Assembly (NCBI GenBank): GCA_051252135.1
Contig: JBPOGH010000029.1
Location: 1 to 16,968, forward strand
DNA from: Verrucomicrobiaceae bacterium
GTDB lineage: Bacteria; Verrucomicrobiota; Verrucomicrobiia; Verrucomicrobiales; Akkermansiaceae
Direction: 5' to 3'
DNA length: 16,968 nt
A program made the position numbers and the translations under genes. Under the pieces are notes generated by a model. That model was not told the origin of the DNA and ran no database searches. It was given only the letters and a program-made list of their open reading frames with translations. Of the stretch, positions 15,923 to 16,968 are shown in pieces (position 1 is the stretch's first letter; the number at the start of each line of letters is the position of its first letter).

Positions 15923-16662
15923 GTCAGGGATACCGGGGACTGGAGGCGGAATGGCACGATCTTTTCTGGGAGGATGAGGAGGCGCCATCGGAGTTGCCTT
16001 TTCTGGAGGAATTCCTGGAAGGGGTGACGGGTCGGGCGCTTTATGCGGGGAGCGGGTCGGGACGGTTGTTGGGACCGCTGGTGGAGGCGGGGCATGCGGT
16101 GACCGGGCTTGAGGTGTCGTCCGAGATGGTGGTGTTATCGAAGGAGCGGTGGCCGAAGGCGGAGGTGATGGAGAAGGCGTGGGGGGACGCGGATGGAGAA
16201 TGGGGCGCGATTTTGCTGCCGGGATTTACGTTTCAATTGTTTGAGCATCCGGGCCGGGAGTTTCGGAGGATGCGGGAGTTGGTGAAGACGGGTGGGAAGG
16301 CGTATGTGAGTTTGTTTTTTCCGTGGGCGGAGGTGTCGGGTGAGTTGCCGCAAGGGGTGTGGTATCACGATCGGGATTTGAAGCTGCCCGACGGTCTGAC
16401 GGGCGAGATGCGGACGCGGCATTTTCTGGATGACAAGGCGAGTGTGCTGAAGCGGGAGCACCGGTATCGGCTGAAGTCGGCTGACGGGAACGTGCTGCGG
16501 GAGGACCGGACGAAGCAGAGGGTGCGGATCTTTGCCGACGGAGAGCTGGAAAAAATGATTGAGAAGGCGGGGTGGCGCCTTGGGAAGGAGATCCAGAATT
16601 TTGGGGAAGAGGATGAAGACGATGTGGTCTATGTGATCACCTTGTTTCTGGAGGCGGTGTGA
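15919..16662 (+). CDS. Class I SAM-dependent methyltransferase
   Basis: Motif I ALYAGSGSGRLL, VTGLEVSSEMV, LVKTGGKAYV; translationally coupled to the antiporter (GTGA). Confidence 0.85.
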   Translation: MSQGYRGLEAEWHDLFWEDEEAPSELPFLEEFLEGVTGRALYAGSGSGRLLGPLVEAGHAVTGLEVSSEMVVLSKERWPKAEVMEKAWGDADGEWGAILLPGFTFQLFEHPGREFRRMRELVKTGGKAYVSLFFPWAEVSGELPQGVWYHDRDLKLPDGLTGEMRTRHFLDDKASVLKREHRYRLKSADGNVLREDRTKQRVRIFADGELEKMIEKAGWRLGKEIQNFGEEDEDDVVYVITLFLEAV

Positions 16663-16669
16663 GAGGATC

Positions 16670-16704
16670 AAAAAAAAGACCACCGGGACGAATCCCGGTG
16701 GTCT
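16670..16704 (-). terminator. Intrinsic terminator, repeat copy 1
   Basis: 12-bp perfect stem AGACCACCGGGA/TCCCGGTGGTCT; the minus-strand loop is UUCG, followed by a long U tract. Confidence 0.85.
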
Positions 16705-16805
16705 CAAAAAAGATCAACCTCATCCTTGTCCCACACTCGTGGGGGGTCGAAGTGATCGCTGTTCACCCTTAAATTGAAAACTCACAAAAATTGCGCGGTT
16801 TCACA
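16670..16805 (-). ncRNA. Candidate small RNA (~135 nt)
   Basis: Non-coding interval bounded by an ECF-like promoter (16810-16836) and a strong terminator. Internal hairpin CCCAC-GAGT-GTGGG; 3' part duplicated in tandem. Inference only. Confidence 0.45.
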
Positions 16806-16809
16806 GGGA

Positions 16810-16836
16810 TAGACTCTCAAGATGAGCAGACGTTCA
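16810..16836 (-). promoter_or_regulatory. Putative ECF (sigmaE-like) promoter
   Basis: TGAAC-17 nt-GTCTA on the minus strand, preceded by an AT-rich tract. Confidence 0.4.
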
Positions 16837-16891
16837 AAGAAAGTGGAATTATTTTCCAAAAAGGTTTTTCCGGAGGCGGTGAGAGGGGATC

Positions 16892-16925
16892 AAAAAAAGA
16901 CCACCGGGACGAATCCCGGTGGTCT
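16892..16925 (-). terminator. Intrinsic terminator, repeat copy 2
   Basis: Identical 12-bp stem, UUCG loop and U tract. Confidence 0.85.
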
Positions 16926-16968
16926 CAAAAAAGATCAACCTCATCCTTGTCCCACACTCGTGGGGGGT

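Larger units (their letters stand above)
16650..16968. repeat. Tandem direct repeat, period ~221 bp (second copy cut by window end)
   Basis: 16678-16747 and 16899-16968 are 70/70 identical. The preceding GGAGGCGGTG..GGATC-A7/8 is also shared (16650 vs 16872). Confidence 0.95.

Noticed and set aside
16650..16968. CRISPR array
   Set aside because: The repeat is at least 70 bp with a 221-bp period and contains a terminator; only two copies are visible and there are no cas genes.

Overview
Bacterial chromosomal window, most likely Verrucomicrobiales (inferred from a MurC-MurB fusion and a PEP-CTERM protein). Housekeeping backbone: partial ABHD17-like alpha/beta hydrolase, Dabb protein, isolated nuoA, 102-aa hypothetical, ruvA, tsf, rpsB, murG, murC-murB fusion, 581-aa membrane protein, yebC, CPA1 antiporter and SAM methyltransferase. 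Between rpsB and murG lies a decayed chromosomal integron. Its intI pseudogene is 5'-truncated, has two frameshifts, has lost the HxxR Arg and carries a 63-bp in-frame hairpin insertion ending in TCAA. It is fused directly to an attC-like site, followed by a DUF1275 cassette, a second degenerate attC-like site and a lipoprotein gene. Other signals the ORF track does not explain: an unannotated 44-aa membrane protein with its own promoter and terminator, a ~221-bp tandem repeat at the right edge resembling duplicated sRNA genes, several apparently leaderless promoters, and a structured rpsB leader. All family calls come from motif recognition by eye; no database searches were run.
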